A DNA stretch of 56,856 nt from a virus (Duplodnaviria > Caudoviricetes). A program made the translations under genes and the position numbers. Positions 22,101 through 30,258 of the stretch are shown here, one piece after another (the first letter of the stretch is position 1; every line of letters starts with the position of its first letter). The DNA is taken from positions 1 through 56,856 of the IMG/VR virus record IMGVR_UViG_3300029169_000003; one strand, 5' to 3'. Under the pieces are notes generated by a model, which ran no database searches, was not told where the DNA came from, and saw only the letters and a program-made list of their open reading frames with translations.

Positions 22101-22866
22101 CGATGGTCGCACCGATGAATGTAGGGATAGACGATATTAAAGACGATACATTACTTTCCAGTAAACTCGACGGTTGGTTGATCGCAACACTAATTAATTC
22201 TTTAATACTGTCTGGGTTCTGGAAATTCTGGAGTGCCTCACTAATAGGTATTCCCTCGATCTCCGACGTCAACTTAACAACTTTGTCGATCAACTCCCCT
22301 TTCGCTTCCTCATCAAACGCCCTAACGTCGCCAGCAGGAACGAACACGTCACCACCTTCAGACGACAGTTCGTTCATTCGATCTTCCTGTTTGAAGATTT
22401 TATCTAATTCATTCAGTGCATTATCACGACGCATGGACAACACTCCACGACGAGCTTCGTTTGTAATCCCTCCAGATTCATTCAACCCGAAAGTAGAAAA
22501 GAATCCCGCACGATCTTCAGGATCATCTGGAATATCAGAAATGTCTGGTATGATTGTATTGTTTACTATATCTTTGTTTTGACGTTCTTCTTCTCCCTGA
22601 CTACCTAAATCAATTCCGGCAAACGGTCCTGTACTTAAAACCGGATCGTTGTCGTCATCTCCAGGACGGAATATGACGGGGTCAGGATCAGATAAATTAT
22701 TAATACGATCATTAATACCCCCAACATCTAAACCCGTATCAAGTTCAGGGGTAGGCGCTTTCAATCCAGAAATATTTGCATTAATAACATTTGTGTCAAA
22801 TGCACGAGATCGTATTTTTTCTGCAACCTCATTAATTAGTCCAATAGGTTCGTCTGGTGTTTCCAT
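13180..22866 (-). CDS. Giant internal virion (ejection) polyvalent protein, ~3230 aa: zincin-like peptidase module, SAM-methyltransferase-like module, LPD38-like helical C-terminus
   Basis: Last gene of the virion block; AEEVVTHYGLRELLG...EEYFGELA; VLHVDGAGTEG...YDFIINNNGL...RLNVGGTAIIKVR; YEYWMNSILSAPTTHLAN; YSYARIEPF. Confidence 0.8.
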   Translation of the reverse strand: METPDEPIGLINEVAEKIRSRAFDTNVINANISGLKAPTPELDTGLDVGGINDRINNLSDPDPVIFRPGDDDNDPVLSTGPFAGIDLGSQGEEERQNKDIVNNTIIPDISDIPDDPEDRAGFFSTFGLNESGGITNEARRGVLSMRRDNALNELDKIFKQEDRMNELSSEGGDVFVPAGDVRAFDEEAKGELIDKVVKLTSEIEGIPISEALQNFQNPDSIKELISVAINQPSSLLESNVSSLISSIPTFIGATIGKKMGGPWGMAIGTAIGTMSSEKKSAFAQFLQEEGVDLTDPTSLTTMLENPEKREELQSKAQRKGLGTAVVEGLFGFGLGKVIDSSTLGSVGKGVAGTVNEALGEGIGGQAGNLLAGEEASLLEATQEMLSAGSQGAAQQSLSALTEKIDQIAKRREENKQEQTVVEKNEQLQPTGQEGTADQETTTEVVVEPTEVQKKINDIRETFDVEEAIGPETVEEVEEETFLETVEDPLIKSHIRGKDVLVQYDDEGNPSSLRVFETDGEFVDVGDGTLAQNFIDVFGSDTRIVSEVDGETNVDNVEGLQNDVNEFITEVLENNGSTVEQSVFDVFDDNTENVFNRLVEDKPVDIVDVQNAKDQVLRGLEIANTIEDRVARNRLMSELFSLSEELDGATLSTPQDISNEQSDILVNDLTEQINEQFKDNPGLNNFFDETFDDVSTEILDKIENGDTVSNEELDIVNNVVENTLNDINGLPGEFSEPLESLLNNIKGQIDVRREQLNGVSEGEITGETPNEDGNAGTDTERTDGQDRDGEPEGEIEGGGVAERGGTVGQSTESQVGEEVEGSSKRIVNDVSQAVGRDSNISVNRNGSTVTTNPKIKQDRALTTTPTVEEVQNVVNDVLPELNIPTGRVQITVLPSITVSSTVGVDPSNLIYVDKSGKALSPSAVFIAEDNRVVLFADMIDGNNIKNEVQELVAEEVVTHYGLRELLGKDFETTLSNYFDITDPAILKNIITKYLNQLTPTNGSLVNVNGIINGKIELDNESKLLVMEEYFGELATKSFEQLKPSERNFLQRILDDIKVFLNKIGLNNVGTTQQEIRNLLYLSAENLRNSVNENVVKDATVRLRVATEKDNKLYNIVKSFNNVVLPVERTALQSGEIPSRLANAIQSGGEILSPENVLKTLSLFRRLNSELVVVDNVVDVNKPSGKVDEEVVNETIDTVNQTRDVTLSSLGDSIPTKGEKTGDAILNVQDEVVNTVLSTRKDSVVGDKLPSTDKTEKVKYNKTRPTFSSVVSSKSPRYGVVKSEITKQQVSNMKFTEPEVDFVGTEEGVVVIDWRPVGYEVFQDATPEKVLEVSDIVRSGINTNDNGLLTTLQKLYGTVVNKYGRPGIRFINGLTYNSSSTPNITGEQANEILRRFVLGDLDVELKSFSDYQKYVVLTQRVGNNVSLLNSLNERLTELNDLKQQQAAKPKDKGLEQKIRDLTDESSSIGGFLNVIEQIKEENNVVNTMLRDRLITNPTIVNPDGSYGGLLIPGEMDYTTKVSAMESLVMMYEDSGDGRSPHTSLEDRWVARGIQRMMGNTLLHPLVEKDITVEESQVLGEVVERVAKDLSTPDRVYTPNDVRGLIGTWEVLNWNREQLVNYNKPEGNGFELGVNLWSELGANPFLQNFTTYVGGIGVKTSSVQLEVNNNNVDEIVSDVIVLSETLGHDAVVLTTHDPNVSTPTDRPGFSIDFGSPVPMDNMGELLGVLNNKFPGFSLQTENSEVVGITYVDTPELNNALVEQTDSYKLNKLNEIIQQYESLTELMEKLNLPVVRFAPELVSTQVIDNTNKTNVKNEKVRKLTQNNEGVVENDGNGKPFFETETKSNDDNVNEKTRSKIKSKDYRGFVADVLSQLKIKTKGVSQFTQTNVKGFYERMSELGAEPSVTNDNTEEWYVGNVLVGKRGQGTTPPQLLKGDVVGRIDRHGKALGINIPGDIKDVKRELVNVASNYGLKVKFDINTSSEVGSFTGSVITVNVPNTTNVPNQKRGMLLGVSKLISERNVEPHPNPVITQSRILSKQREVLTEMGVDIKDRPWSIYRNEQLVRSLFDNVGVPEKLVDIVGNFSKTTGVKNFENVVSEMYNEYNTGKPTKKTLRFNRKERGVNNVLWVDSSGRERRVVKEDLGLNDVDVVSLKPRKEGVSFYNVINDLIPTNSRVLHVDGAGTEGINVLTRRGDITVHEYDEVGGMLNIVDDSNIVDVESTINDEVVSTYDFIINNNGLSYRTQQHNDEIVDVIGKRLNVGGTAIIKVRRWKGDVDRSKGEGLGYGVKILPDDTYVKGWDSDELLVYVNDILGEGFTTNLTPLSGGFAVVINKTKESTIDDNTDVKTLRFNKRYDPEELRNSIYGSSPRPEGRPDLANFGRSETERIIVDSVDNIRNEVGEPIMVDISSKKPVAVSRVNNDFDGEKNKLLNHGLTDLLEDQLVAQEILSRQFDSVDINDDSSLTDVMKTIDAVRNFRGDIARSLAAGYDPTLTPSERKNRMILNALFSPPALVRKKLDAVKNDSSLSPQERKKQTDSIWNEWQKDIKDVIHGLASYQIDVLNLTEQDLTRMDTLAFVMRTISSKNATLGDKIYEYWMNSILSAPTTHLANFAGNTANTFWEFGLQRPAEAIANELFGKKTNRATLGEVGQILKLVSKEGRDFFRSWLPTAMGKAPMGVMMKSAIRRANLAYRLERPILEAEVDEKVASKLDRGSRAAIGGKTGRIVRQPSRWLLWTDELLKSITFHLEASSLAYRAASEEGLTGIQRENRVAHILSNPHSEAFNDIFHNSYLKARNLAFQDPLETAFLKGLTKDQENKFVDNLLKFFIPFITTPTNILKQGFRKAPIIGALPILYKMGKDIRYQWNNNNTHLKYDAEQRFEEIVTQVMSSAMLFSLMFYIGDDDELPLITGSEANFRSDRGQLELQRRGVPPLSVRVGNRYYSYARIEPFATSLAIAVDALDEVRQVRQQGKNPAEALSRVMSTLTSLFRDKTFFQGLSTMMEFVEDPGRASEQFFPNFFSSFSPNIVRRGLGSVDQNVRDNKIRGESFEEHITEMGKRIIQKGLPGLIQPQPAKYDLWGREVVKTPEDSKVFGVIPPTPSRFLLDFMSPMRVTDADRVLPVDRMMMNFLWQNPELTEGNKPPLPPATYFTVRNKKIDLTDEEYQEYSRLSGEFSYNIIKRMKFDVENPTPRDMDKVKKAVRTGRSRAKSVVMKQMGKSGRLREALQRN

Positions 22867-22879
22867 GTTTATCGTTTTA

Positions 22880-23992
22880 TTATTCTGGTAACAATGTAGA
22901 AAATTGGACATCAGGTGGAAGACGTTTGAACGCTTCTATCTTATCCGGAGTCCATGCCCTAAACGACGAATCTCCTGCATCGCGTCGTCTTTCGATCTCT
23001 GTATATATTAAATCAAGGTCGGTCGGATCCTGACCCACTATGGCTTGCGCTAACTCAGTATAAACCTCATCGGTCTGTGCCCTACGGAACGCCTCAGTAG
23101 CATTCCCTAACAATGTCGCTTCGCCTTGATCCAACTTAAGCCGTTGTGAAGACAAGTTGTCCAACAATTCTCCCGTTGGATCTAAATCTGGGTTGGAACT
23201 CAACTCTCTAATCTGTTGATCTAATACGCTTTTCTGTGCCCTACCATTTCTTAAATCGGTTAACGATTTCGCAACAAACCCTAGATCTCCTGGTTTTTTA
23301 GGAGTTTTCCCAGAGTTTGAAGTAATACGCGCCTGTCTCGCCCTAATCAATGCAGCTTCAGCTTGTACCTGTGTTGATGCAGCGTTTGATGCAGCGATAT
23401 TCGTACGTTGGAGATCTTGGTTACTATCGAACATTTGTTTAGCAACATCCAGCACACTCTCACCCTTTTCTCTTGCAGTCTTCTCCGCAGCACTAATCAA
23501 GTTCTGAAGTTGAATTTTTTGATTACGAATCTCTTGTTCGTTTGCAACTCTACTTTGTTCGGTGTTCTGTGCAACCCTTAATCCTGTCTCGCCTTCAATA
23601 TTACCACGGTTTTGTGCGTGTTGAATTAGTTCACTTGTCAACCTATCCTGCAAACCAAACGCCTGTGGTAATGCGGTGTTATTTCGTTGCCTTAAACCAT
23701 TATTTGTTGGTATTCCTGAAAACGCCTGAGATGCAGCACCACCGGCCCCCAAAACTTGCGATAACAATAACGCTTCCATCTGTTGACCAAATGTACGTTT
23801 CCCCAATTCTTCAGCAGCGGCAACACCCTCCAATCTTGAATTCGCCAACGATTGGATTGCGTCATTAACGACTGTCGGATTTTGAAGTATAGGTTGAACT
23901 AAACTTTCATCGACGGGTGTTGGTTCTGGGGTTACTTCGCGTATACGACGGTCGGCTGAACTTATAAATTCTTCTAACGGATTACTTAACAT
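22880..23992 (-). CDS. Putative internal virion/ejection protein
   Basis: Ala/Gln-rich helical composition; between the nozzle and the giant protein. Confidence 0.6.
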   Translation of the reverse strand: MLSNPLEEFISSADRRIREVTPEPTPVDESLVQPILQNPTVVNDAIQSLANSRLEGVAAAEELGKRTFGQQMEALLLSQVLGAGGAASQAFSGIPTNNGLRQRNNTALPQAFGLQDRLTSELIQHAQNRGNIEGETGLRVAQNTEQSRVANEQEIRNQKIQLQNLISAAEKTAREKGESVLDVAKQMFDSNQDLQRTNIAASNAASTQVQAEAALIRARQARITSNSGKTPKKPGDLGFVAKSLTDLRNGRAQKSVLDQQIRELSSNPDLDPTGELLDNLSSQRLKLDQGEATLLGNATEAFRRAQTDEVYTELAQAIVGQDPTDLDLIYTEIERRRDAGDSSFRAWTPDKIEAFKRLPPDVQFSTLLPE

Positions 23993-24693
23993 TATATATC
24001 AAAGGTTATTCGACCGGTCAATGGGTCTACGGTTGGTGTCAAACGAACAGGAGATGTATTTAGGGCATCATTTGTCCGTCTGACAGCTTCAGGACTTTGA
24101 GACAACAAAGGGAGTTGCTGTGTTGGTGTTGGGGTTGAAGGTGTTAATCCCGATGTTGTATTTTCTAATGACGGATCAGTTATGTTTCTCAAACTAAAAA
24201 TCGTTCCAGCGGCGTTAGTTAAATCGGATATACCCTGTTGTCTTGCTCCAAAACGAGAACGGGCATCACCAAATTCTAACTCTCTTTGTCTATTACCGGC
24301 AGTCGTAATCAAGTCTGCGATAGATGCATCTATATCGGCAAACGCACTCGACGCCGTATTCATCAACGTCTCGCGGTCACGAGCACCACCTGAACCTGTA
24401 GCACCACGGGCCGCTAAATTCGTATTTAAATCCGATAATCTCCTATTCAACATTTCCTCGATACGACTTCTTGACCGTTGACCTTCACGTACAGCCGGAG
24501 TAAAAACGTCTGGGACTGAAGGAGGAGATCCGTTCGCAATTCGATTCGCCAGCGCTCCACCGCCCTGTATTAGTAATGCACCCAACAATGGATCAATACC
24601 CAAAACGTTCGGTAATCGTTTCAACCTAAAATGTTGTATCGTCGATACAAGAACAACGATAAATACACAACTATGTAATAATAAATCAAACAT
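23992..24693 (-). CDS. Putative small ejection/pilot protein
   Basis: DPLLGALLIQGGGALA and LAARGATGSGG Gly/Ala segments typical of podovirus ejection proteins. Confidence 0.6.
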   Translation of the reverse strand: MFDLLLHSCVFIVVLVSTIQHFRLKRLPNVLGIDPLLGALLIQGGGALANRIANGSPPSVPDVFTPAVREGQRSRSRIEEMLNRRLSDLNTNLAARGATGSGGARDRETLMNTASSAFADIDASIADLITTAGNRQRELEFGDARSRFGARQQGISDLTNAAGTIFSLRNITDPSLENTTSGLTPSTPTPTQQLPLLSQSPEAVRRTNDALNTSPVRLTPTVDPLTGRITFDI

Positions 24694-24717
24694 ATGTTTT
24701 TAACTAATTTTTTGTTA

Positions 24718-27189
24718 TTATGATCCGGATTTTCTTATTTTTATTTCGAAACCACGGAACTCGTGAAAGTTGGAAAATTTAAACTTATGACCACGTCCAA
24801 CCAGTGTTGGATATATCGAACGGTTGGATGGAATATTATATTGAACTAATATGTTTCCGTTTCCAGAACCGTACGTTTCCTCAACATCAGAAATCTTTCT
24901 CGATCTTACAGAATGTCGTAATATTCCCCACGTGTCTCGATCTCTATCGTCATACGTTTCGGTTATATAATCAACCTCCATTTGGTCTACAACAAATTCA
25001 GTCCCGTCCTCTCCAAACGGTTGTGTTGTCAACTGTGGACTGTTATGTATATTATCACAATCGTCATCAAAATCCAGGTTATACAACGTTAAGAATTCAT
25101 CACCATATGATGTTAAGACTTTCCTAGTTTTGTTGTAATACAAATTGTAATGTATATAAATCGTGTTGTAATTTTTAACCCATCCTTGTTGTATAAAACT
25201 GTATACCCAGATTGTCGCCGGCCCAACCAGTACCCATAATTCGTCTTTCGACGGATGATATTCTATATCTCTAACGTCAGTCAGAAATAATCCAGGTATC
25301 TCTATATCTAATTGAACTAAATCCCTACCGATCAAACTCCAAACATTTCCATCGGTACCAACAAACGCGATACCAAACCTAGTATTTGTTATTAACGTGT
25401 GTGTGGTTGGATCTTCTCCAGACTTGTGCGTGAAAGTGTTTTGCTCTACACCGAAAGAAGTAGTAACATTGTGTACCGGAAGTATGGTTCTTAAATCGCT
25501 ACCAGTCCGTTTATACAACGTGATACTTTTATCTGTGAAAACGTAAAAGTCGTAATCTCTAATACTTTCATTTTCAGCAAGACGGGCGGCCATAATACTT
25601 CTAACAACTTCGTCAGACTTCAGGAAAAATGAATCGAACGAAATCTCCATACCTCGACCAGACTGAGATAAGAATACTGCATTTGGTTCTGAAATGTAAT
25701 CAGTCAGAGTTGCACCAGGATCTTCATCATAGGTAACAGATGAATTGTCTGCATTAACAATATACGACACTGAAGGAATAAATCCTTCGTCTTGGAGTTC
25801 GTCTTGCTGAAAACTTGTTTTGTAAACACCAGATACGTTTGGTGTTAATCGTTCAAACAAGTCTCCGCCACGAAAGATTAATAACGCGTTCTCTCCTTGC
25901 CATGCGAATTTTATTGATTCTACGGCAGTAAACGTTTCTTTAGGTCCATAATAAACATTTCCATTGTTATCTAAATATTCTAATTGTGCTTCAATATTAC
26001 TAAACGGTATAGTACTTTTATACAACATAAGACCGGTTGTTGGTCTCTTAGTCGGATACTTCACGTCTCCATATAAAACGATGTCACCCTGTGTCGACAT
26101 TACATTACCGACGACTCCATGGTATTGGTAATCTTCGCTTCCCACGTCATCAGTGTGAACACTATTAAAGTTTCTCTGAACATCCAATAATGTCGACGGT
26201 ACTTTTATTACGTTATTTATTGTATTATAAGGGGCTAAAAACGGTAACGCCCAAACCAACCCTTCATCGGTGGTTAAAACATACGCGACTTCATCCTTAA
26301 AAACGGCCATCAAAGTATCATTAATCCACACTTCATCATCACGGAATACCGTTTCTCTCGCACTCGTCGATGAGTTTATAGATGGAGTGAATGTACCAAA
26401 ATAAAAGTAATCATTGTTTTCATAAAACCCGGCAGGAATCTCTCCATCGCCAACAGTTACAGCAGATAATGGGACAGGACCGCCGTGTAAGAAACCACGG
26501 TCGTTAAAGTCCATCGTTCTGTATATATCAACTTTCGTTACATGTTCGTTACAACTAAGTGTAACATCAACCGGTGTTACCAAATTTATAACGGGTGCCC
26601 CTGCGTTAACCTTCTTAACTTCCTTATTAACCGTGAAATGAAACCATGGACCAATCTCTCCGTTTTTATCATACGGTATGGCAATATATCCTGAATGGAT
26701 GTCAACCTCGACGGTTGTGGCATCGACAGACGCCGTAACAAAATCATAATCAGTAAAGTCCTGTATCGTTATTGTTTTGTTGTACACGATTGCCGGTTCA
26801 CCCTGGAATCCATCAGTCGTACTTATATCGACATCATAGTCTGCAAAGTGTTTAACTACACGATAGTTTGTCCCACTACTATCAGTAGATTGTACGGAAC
26901 GGTATAACCGTGCATTCAACGACGCATTATCTAATACTCTTCCTGATACTTGTCCACCATCTTCTTCTTGAGACCACCCCTCTCTATCCAACACTTTCCC
27001 GTTCCATTCGACATACGGTTTAGTTGAACTAACTTCCGGTGTAATCTTATTCGGATCGTTAACACTCCTAACAAATCCGTTAATCATCATTTGACAATTT
27101 TCGAGATTTCTAGGACGGGTTTGAGCTGCATTATGTAAACGACTCACACCACCCTGCAATTGTATCGGCCTTAACTCTTTCTTGCTCAT
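24718..27189 (-). CDS. Putative tail nozzle/hub (tubular protein B or P22 gp10-like)
   Basis: 823-aa beta-rich protein following the adaptors; FYVFTDKSI, IEYHPSKDELWV and WVYSF propeller-like blades. Confidence 0.6.
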   Translation of the reverse strand: MSKKELRPIQLQGGVSRLHNAAQTRPRNLENCQMMINGFVRSVNDPNKITPEVSSTKPYVEWNGKVLDREGWSQEEDGGQVSGRVLDNASLNARLYRSVQSTDSSGTNYRVVKHFADYDVDISTTDGFQGEPAIVYNKTITIQDFTDYDFVTASVDATTVEVDIHSGYIAIPYDKNGEIGPWFHFTVNKEVKKVNAGAPVINLVTPVDVTLSCNEHVTKVDIYRTMDFNDRGFLHGGPVPLSAVTVGDGEIPAGFYENNDYFYFGTFTPSINSSTSARETVFRDDEVWINDTLMAVFKDEVAYVLTTDEGLVWALPFLAPYNTINNVIKVPSTLLDVQRNFNSVHTDDVGSEDYQYHGVVGNVMSTQGDIVLYGDVKYPTKRPTTGLMLYKSTIPFSNIEAQLEYLDNNGNVYYGPKETFTAVESIKFAWQGENALLIFRGGDLFERLTPNVSGVYKTSFQQDELQDEGFIPSVSYIVNADNSSVTYDEDPGATLTDYISEPNAVFLSQSGRGMEISFDSFFLKSDEVVRSIMAARLAENESIRDYDFYVFTDKSITLYKRTGSDLRTILPVHNVTTSFGVEQNTFTHKSGEDPTTHTLITNTRFGIAFVGTDGNVWSLIGRDLVQLDIEIPGLFLTDVRDIEYHPSKDELWVLVGPATIWVYSFIQQGWVKNYNTIYIHYNLYYNKTRKVLTSYGDEFLTLYNLDFDDDCDNIHNSPQLTTQPFGEDGTEFVVDQMEVDYITETYDDRDRDTWGILRHSVRSRKISDVEETYGSGNGNILVQYNIPSNRSIYPTLVGRGHKFKFSNFHEFRGFEIKIRKSGS

Positions 27190-27611
27190 GTACCTAACCT
27201 GTTTGGATCAACACCGAATTCGTTATATCCGTTACCTAACGGGTCTTCGTTATTCCACACGACTCGTGTACGGTTTTCGGGATATTCATTATGTGAGATG
27301 TTAACTTGTGTTGAAGCCACGCCAGCCCAATTCATTCTTTCTTTCTCAAACTGACCTTCGTAATATTGAGCGAGATTTATCAAATCCGGCCTCACGGCGC
27401 AAAATTGCCACATGGCGAAATGTCGTACAGCAAAAGACGACGATGTAACACCGTATTGTTTAGGATCATACGTGTGTTCTTCTTCGAGATAATCGAATCC
27501 CTGTTCAACATAAATGTCCAGTTCGTCGATATCATCCGGCTTAACGTTTACTTTTGAACCTCGTAATCCGGCCAACGCCAACCTAGATATTTGATTTGTT
27601 GTTAATGACAT
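27186..27611 (-). CDS. Head-tail adaptor/ring-like protein
   Basis: DELDIYVEQG...AVRHFAMWQF...AQYYEGQFEKE helical-bundle pattern. Confidence 0.55.
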   Translation of the reverse strand: MSLTTNQISRLALAGLRGSKVNVKPDDIDELDIYVEQGFDYLEEEHTYDPKQYGVTSSSFAVRHFAMWQFCAVRPDLINLAQYYEGQFEKERMNWAGVASTQVNISHNEYPENRTRVVWNNEDPLGNGYNEFGVDPNRLGT

Positions 27612-27612
27612 T

Positions 27613-28218
27613 TTATGGCCCCTCGTTTATTGCTTCGTTTTTAAATCCAGACGTAACGCCAACTCTTTCTCTAACCATCTGTCGAGATTCTCTAACTATT
27701 TCAGTGTTAACACTATCAATCATTTCAGATAATAACACTTGTCTTACTTCATCTTTAGTTGGTAAATGAATCGTTATAGTTGATGTTGTGTTTGGTAACA
27801 CCTTTAAGTCGTCTCCATCTACAAAATATCTATATTTCTCTACACCCGTACCCGTATTTAAAAACCCAGTACCGTCGATATCATCATCGACATTTAAGTG
27901 TATTCCGGTAGAATTAACACACCGGTATAAACATGGTAAATATTCTGTATCGATTGTGCCTACGGCAACATAATTCCCCCCAACAGTGCTTACACTTACT
28001 TTATCAAACTTTAGATCCATGTTTAAAATCTGTTCGTTCGACAACGACTCCATCTTCCTCTCAACCATTTCAGTAACGACGGCCTGTTTCAAATCTATAA
28101 TGTTTTGGAATAATTGATCTGGAACATTAAACTGAGAATTTGGAGACGTAGAAGGCGAACCAGACCGAGCCTTAACATCGTCCAAAGTTATCAATATTCC
28201 TGTAAAGTCTAATGCCAT
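27613..28218 (-). CDS. Tail ring-like virion protein
   Basis: YRYFVDGDDLKVLP resembles YLYNDYELDIYP of the neighbouring gene. Confidence 0.5.
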   Translation of the reverse strand: MALDFTGILITLDDVKARSGSPSTSPNSQFNVPDQLFQNIIDLKQAVVTEMVERKMESLSNEQILNMDLKFDKVSVSTVGGNYVAVGTIDTEYLPCLYRCVNSTGIHLNVDDDIDGTGFLNTGTGVEKYRYFVDGDDLKVLPNTTSTITIHLPTKDEVRQVLLSEMIDSVNTEIVRESRQMVRERVGVTSGFKNEAINEGP

Positions 28219-28220
28219 CT

Positions 28221-28940
28221 TTATTCTACCTCGTTATCTCTCTCGTAAACGTCGTGTGATATAATATGCGTTGAAGGATCACCTATCCTAACCCCAGTTA
28301 AAAACGGTTGTATCTTTCGTTTATATAAATCAAACCAGACTTCACTCATCTCGTCTTCACCCAAAGAACGGAACGCCTTACTTGACACGTATGCCACAAC
28401 TGAAGGTTCAAACCTATCATCAATTGTTAATGTCGCACCCAACACATGTTGTTCTATTGTGATCGTTGGTGGCGTTACAACATATTCCACCACAGTCCCA
28501 TTAGTCGGAGTTGGATAAATATCCAGTTCATAATCATTATACAAATATGCTGGATAATCTTCCGTCGCACTTCTACCGCTCGTCTCTAATGTTTGATGTT
28601 CCGCTAACTCTCTGTACCTAACTCTGACTTTGGTGTCGTCATCTTTTATTCGTTGAATCCGTCCATGTATAACACGACCTGTATTCTCGTCCATCGTTAA
28701 TGATGGTCCCGCTATCGTTGAGATATCTGTTGAACTTTGAAGATGGAATGATTTGCATCCATGAACTATGAGTCTCTGTACTTGGTTTATAAAACGTAGC
28801 AACGTTTCATCTGAAACCGTACGACTTCCAGTATCTACAACATTACTATCTAACAGTGGATTTTCATCAACCGCAGTTGTCAAAAACACAGGACGATTAA
28901 TAACTCCTCTAACTCGTTCTATAATCTTTTCAGTCGTCAT
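28221..28940 (-). CDS. Head-tail adaptor (gatekeeper/tubular A-like)
   Basis: IIERVRGVI, SDETLLRFINQVQ, LDIYPTP, IDDRFEPSVVAYV. Confidence 0.7.
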   Translation of the reverse strand: MTTEKIIERVRGVINRPVFLTTAVDENPLLDSNVVDTGSRTVSDETLLRFINQVQRLIVHGCKSFHLQSSTDISTIAGPSLTMDENTGRVIHGRIQRIKDDDTKVRVRYRELAEHQTLETSGRSATEDYPAYLYNDYELDIYPTPTNGTVVEYVVTPPTITIEQHVLGATLTIDDRFEPSVVAYVSSKAFRSLGEDEMSEVWFDLYKRKIQPFLTGVRIGDPSTHIISHDVYERDNEVE

Positions 28941-29881
28941 GGTTTAGGTTGTTGAAGTTGAAAGAACTGTAATCCAATAACACTCATCTCGTTTTCAAAC
29001 ATGTTTAGGGCGTTCCTCATTGCACCTATATCGGGTAAGGCTGCAAAACAATCTATAGCGGCACAATCACATACAACACTAAACAACGTTTCATGTAAAC
29101 ATGAAAACCCTGGAGTTTGCCATGTGGCAACCATAGGATCGGTGTATGCAAAATTTGTTTCTATATCCAACGTTATAGAGTTTCCACTAACGTTCGTTAT
29201 AATACCATTAACAAAATCTCCAACATTGTTCGTAAGTTTTATTGGCGTTAACGTATGAAAATCCGAATCAAAAGTATCGCCATCAGTTCGTGTTAAAATG
29301 GATGTAGATATATCAAATGTTCCATTACACGTGTAGTTGATAGGTAAAGGTACTTTGATCGTTTGTAGTTCAGACGTTACAGGGTTACGTAATATTGCAC
29401 CATAAACATCAACGTTTCCTCCCTCCATGACAACAACAGGTTCCGTGTCCGTCAACACCGTTCCGTTTGATTGCAAGTCTTCTAACTTATCTCCCGAAAT
29501 TCTTGATGCTCTCCTACTCCCATCAATCTTAACAGTACTACCCAATATTCGTAAATCGTTTGTGAAATCCCATGTTCTCAAACTCGGAAAGTTCTCAACC
29601 TTTAAGCTCGAAAGATATAGTGCTTTAGTTCGCGTCGCAACCGTAATTGCAGAATCGTTTAAAAATCCTATTAATTCTCCAACGCTAAAACGAGACCACG
29701 GACGTCCGGGTCTTTCCCTTATCGTCGGTACTCTCGATGTCTCCAAACTATACCTATCCAATCTTGTCTCCAATGCCGGTATCAAGTTGGATGCAGTCAA
29801 ATACAAATTCGAATCTCCAGAACTATCACCAACAACTGTTAAGTCTGGGGAGTTGACTGGAGTTACGGGATCACATAACAT
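28937..29881 (-). CDS. Adaptor paralog with an inserted beta domain
   Basis: SVGELIGFLNDSA, VMEGGNVDVYG, LHETLFSVVCD parallel the 28221 motifs. Confidence 0.6.
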   Translation of the reverse strand: MLCDPVTPVNSPDLTVVGDSSGDSNLYLTASNLIPALETRLDRYSLETSRVPTIRERPGRPWSRFSVGELIGFLNDSAITVATRTKALYLSSLKVENFPSLRTWDFTNDLRILGSTVKIDGSRRASRISGDKLEDLQSNGTVLTDTEPVVVMEGGNVDVYGAILRNPVTSELQTIKVPLPINYTCNGTFDISTSILTRTDGDTFDSDFHTLTPIKLTNNVGDFVNGIITNVSGNSITLDIETNFAYTDPMVATWQTPGFSCLHETLFSVVCDCAAIDCFAALPDIGAMRNALNMFENEMSVIGLQFFQLQQPKP

Positions 29882-29882
29882 A

Positions 29883-30167
29883 TTATATTACGCCCTTTTC
29901 TTTGGCCTTACTCTTTAATTTATCAACAAAACTTTTTGTCTTTTTCTTTGTTTCGATGACCGGAGCCATCACGTTTCGTCTTGCGTATTCTTTAGACTTC
30001 GTAAACTCAATAACTTGACATCCCCGAATACGAGCGATACGGAACGCCTGTTTATTAGTTAATGGTTCGATAGTCTCACCATCAACCCATTCTAAACCGT
30101 AAAACTTACCAGTTAAAGGTTCATCTTCTTTTACTGTTTTCTTAGTTGTTAATGTATAATACGTCAT
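29883..30167 (-). CDS. Basic hypothetical protein downstream of the capsid gene
   Basis: ATG ORF with a Lys-rich tail. Confidence 0.6.
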   Translation of the reverse strand: MTYYTLTTKKTVKEDEPLTGKFYGLEWVDGETIEPLTNKQAFRIARIRGCQVIEFTKSKEYARRNVMAPVIETKKKTKSFVDKLKSKAKEKGVI

Positions 30168-30190
30168 ATTTTATTACATATTAATTGTAT

Positions 30191-30233
30191 AAAAAAATAT
30201 GGGGAGTGGAGCATTTCAACCACCACTCCCCAT
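30191..30233 (-). terminator. Intrinsic terminator after the major capsid gene
   Basis: ATGGGGAGTGG/CCACTCCCCAT stem; A7 on + strand reads as a U-tract on - strand. Confidence 0.85.
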
Positions 30234-30258
30234 TAAACCTTTTATTCTTCTACACTAC

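Noticed and set aside
13180-22866. Virion RNA polymerase (N4- or crAss-type)
   Set aside because: No DxDxD double-psi motif or T7-like polymerase motifs recognised
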